From NCBI GenBank assembly GCA_963726955.1, contig CAVSEC010000006.1, forward strand, positions 350,601 to 414,600: a stretch of DNA of 64,000 bases. Direction: 5' to 3'. The DNA is from an uncultured Gemmatimonadales bacterium (lineage in GTDB: Bacteria > Gemmatimonadota > Gemmatimonadetes > Gemmatimonadales > GWC2-71-9). Position numbers and translations under genes: made by a program. Each line of letters opens with the position of its first letter. Position 1 is the stretch's first letter. A model generated the notes under the pieces. The model had not been told where the DNA came from. It saw only the letters and a program-made list of their open reading frames with translations, and did not search any database. Positions 63,381 through 64,000 of this stretch are shown here, piece after piece.

Positions 63381-64000
63381 GCGCGGGGACCAGCCAGGGG
63401 GAATCGCGGGCGGGATGGGGGTTCGTGACCCCCGCCCTGCTGCTGATCGGCGTCTTCTTCGCGATCCCGGTCTTCGGCGCCTTCCTGCTTTCGTTCACCG
63501 ATTTCGATCTGTATTCGATCGCCGATTTCGGCAGCACCCGTTTCGTGGGACTCAAGAACTATCGCGATCTCATGGCGGCGCCGCTCTTCTGGACGGCGCT
63601 CCGGAATACCAGCTACTTCGTCGTGATCGGCGGGCCGCTCTCGGCGGCGGCGTCCCTCGCCGCCGCCGTGCTGGTGAACGGAAAGCTGGTCCGGCTCAAG
63701 CCGCTCTTCCGGAGCGCTTTCTTCGCCCCCTGGGTGACCACCCTCGTCGCCGTCGCCATCGTGTGGCGCTACATCTACCATCCGCAGTACGGGCTGGTGA
63801 ATGCGGCGCTGAGCCAGCTCGGCATCGGCCCGATCGACTGGCTTGGCAATCCGCACTGGGCGATGCCGGCGATCATCCTGCTCTCGGTCTGGAAAAACTT
63901 CGGCTACAACATGCTGGTCTTCCTGGCGGGACTGCAGGCGATTCCGGAGGAGCTGTACGAGGCGGCATCGCTCGACGGCGCCGGCGCGTGGCACCGGTTC
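63376..64000 (+). CDS. ABC sugar-transporter permease (3' end outside window)
   Basis: Not in the ORF track because no stop lies in the window. The ATG at 63376 overlaps the upstream stop (ATGA). The translation MSAGTSQGESRAGWGFVTPALLLIGVFFAIPV...SVWKNFGYNMLVFLAGLQAIPEELYEAASLDGAG carries the MalF/UgpA-type EAA loop. Confidence 0.85.

Overview
This is a 64-kb, visibly G+C-rich bacterial chromosomal window (I did not compute an exact GC value). I recognised no rRNA, tRNA, CRISPR array, transposase, integrase or phage gene. The gene content suggests a Gemmatimonadota/FCB-type diderm, but that is a low-confidence guess. It rests on a SusC/SusD pair with ECF sigma/FecR, a duplicated FtsX permease, three GH57 enzymes, a MoxR-DUF58-BatA operon and a Tat-signal TldD/PmbA pair. 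The ORF track translates alternative start codons (TTG, GTG) as M, so I re-derived several starts by hand. Gene order from left to right: (1) two GH57 alpha-glucan enzymes bracketing an orphan permease. (2) A minus-strand amidoligase cluster of esterase, ATP-grasp, Gsp-synthetase-like ATP-grasp, GCS2 ligase and C26 gamma-glutamyl hydrolase. (3) A MoxR/DUF58/BatA-type operon. (4) A long translationally coupled operon: M16 peptidase, ECF sigma, FecR, SusC, SusD, Ig-like lipoprotein, Tat-TldD-like, PmbA-like and a redoxin-like protein. (5) A third GH57 gene, a Big_2/LVIVD surface protein and aguB-aguA. (6) A signalling block: a CHASE3-GAF-GGDEF cyclase, an SCP2 protein and a hybrid kinase, followed by an operon of a histidine kinase (HK), a response regulator (RR) with an HDOD domain and an RR with a degenerate HD-GYP domain. 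(7) GSIII, rpsU, a LivK-like binding protein and an AP-superfamily enzyme. (8) A LacI-TonB receptor-GH144-ABC locus, probably for beta-1,2-glucan. The best candidate for an undescribed system is the SusCD operon at 19.8-35.1 kb. It contains no glycoside hydrolase and instead carries a Tat-exported TldD/PmbA pair in which neither protein has an HExxxH motif. Other points worth a second look: reading-frame breaks are packed into two blocks (6.4-10.9 kb and 35.2-42.7 kb); inverted tandem GCGATYGG arrays flank the two ATP-grasp genes; an exact 11-mer sits about 70 nt upstream of both the sigma and anti-sigma genes; a ~50-nt element is duplicated; several leaders are polypyrimidine-rich (G4-prone on the other strand); and aguB and aguA appear fused in frame.
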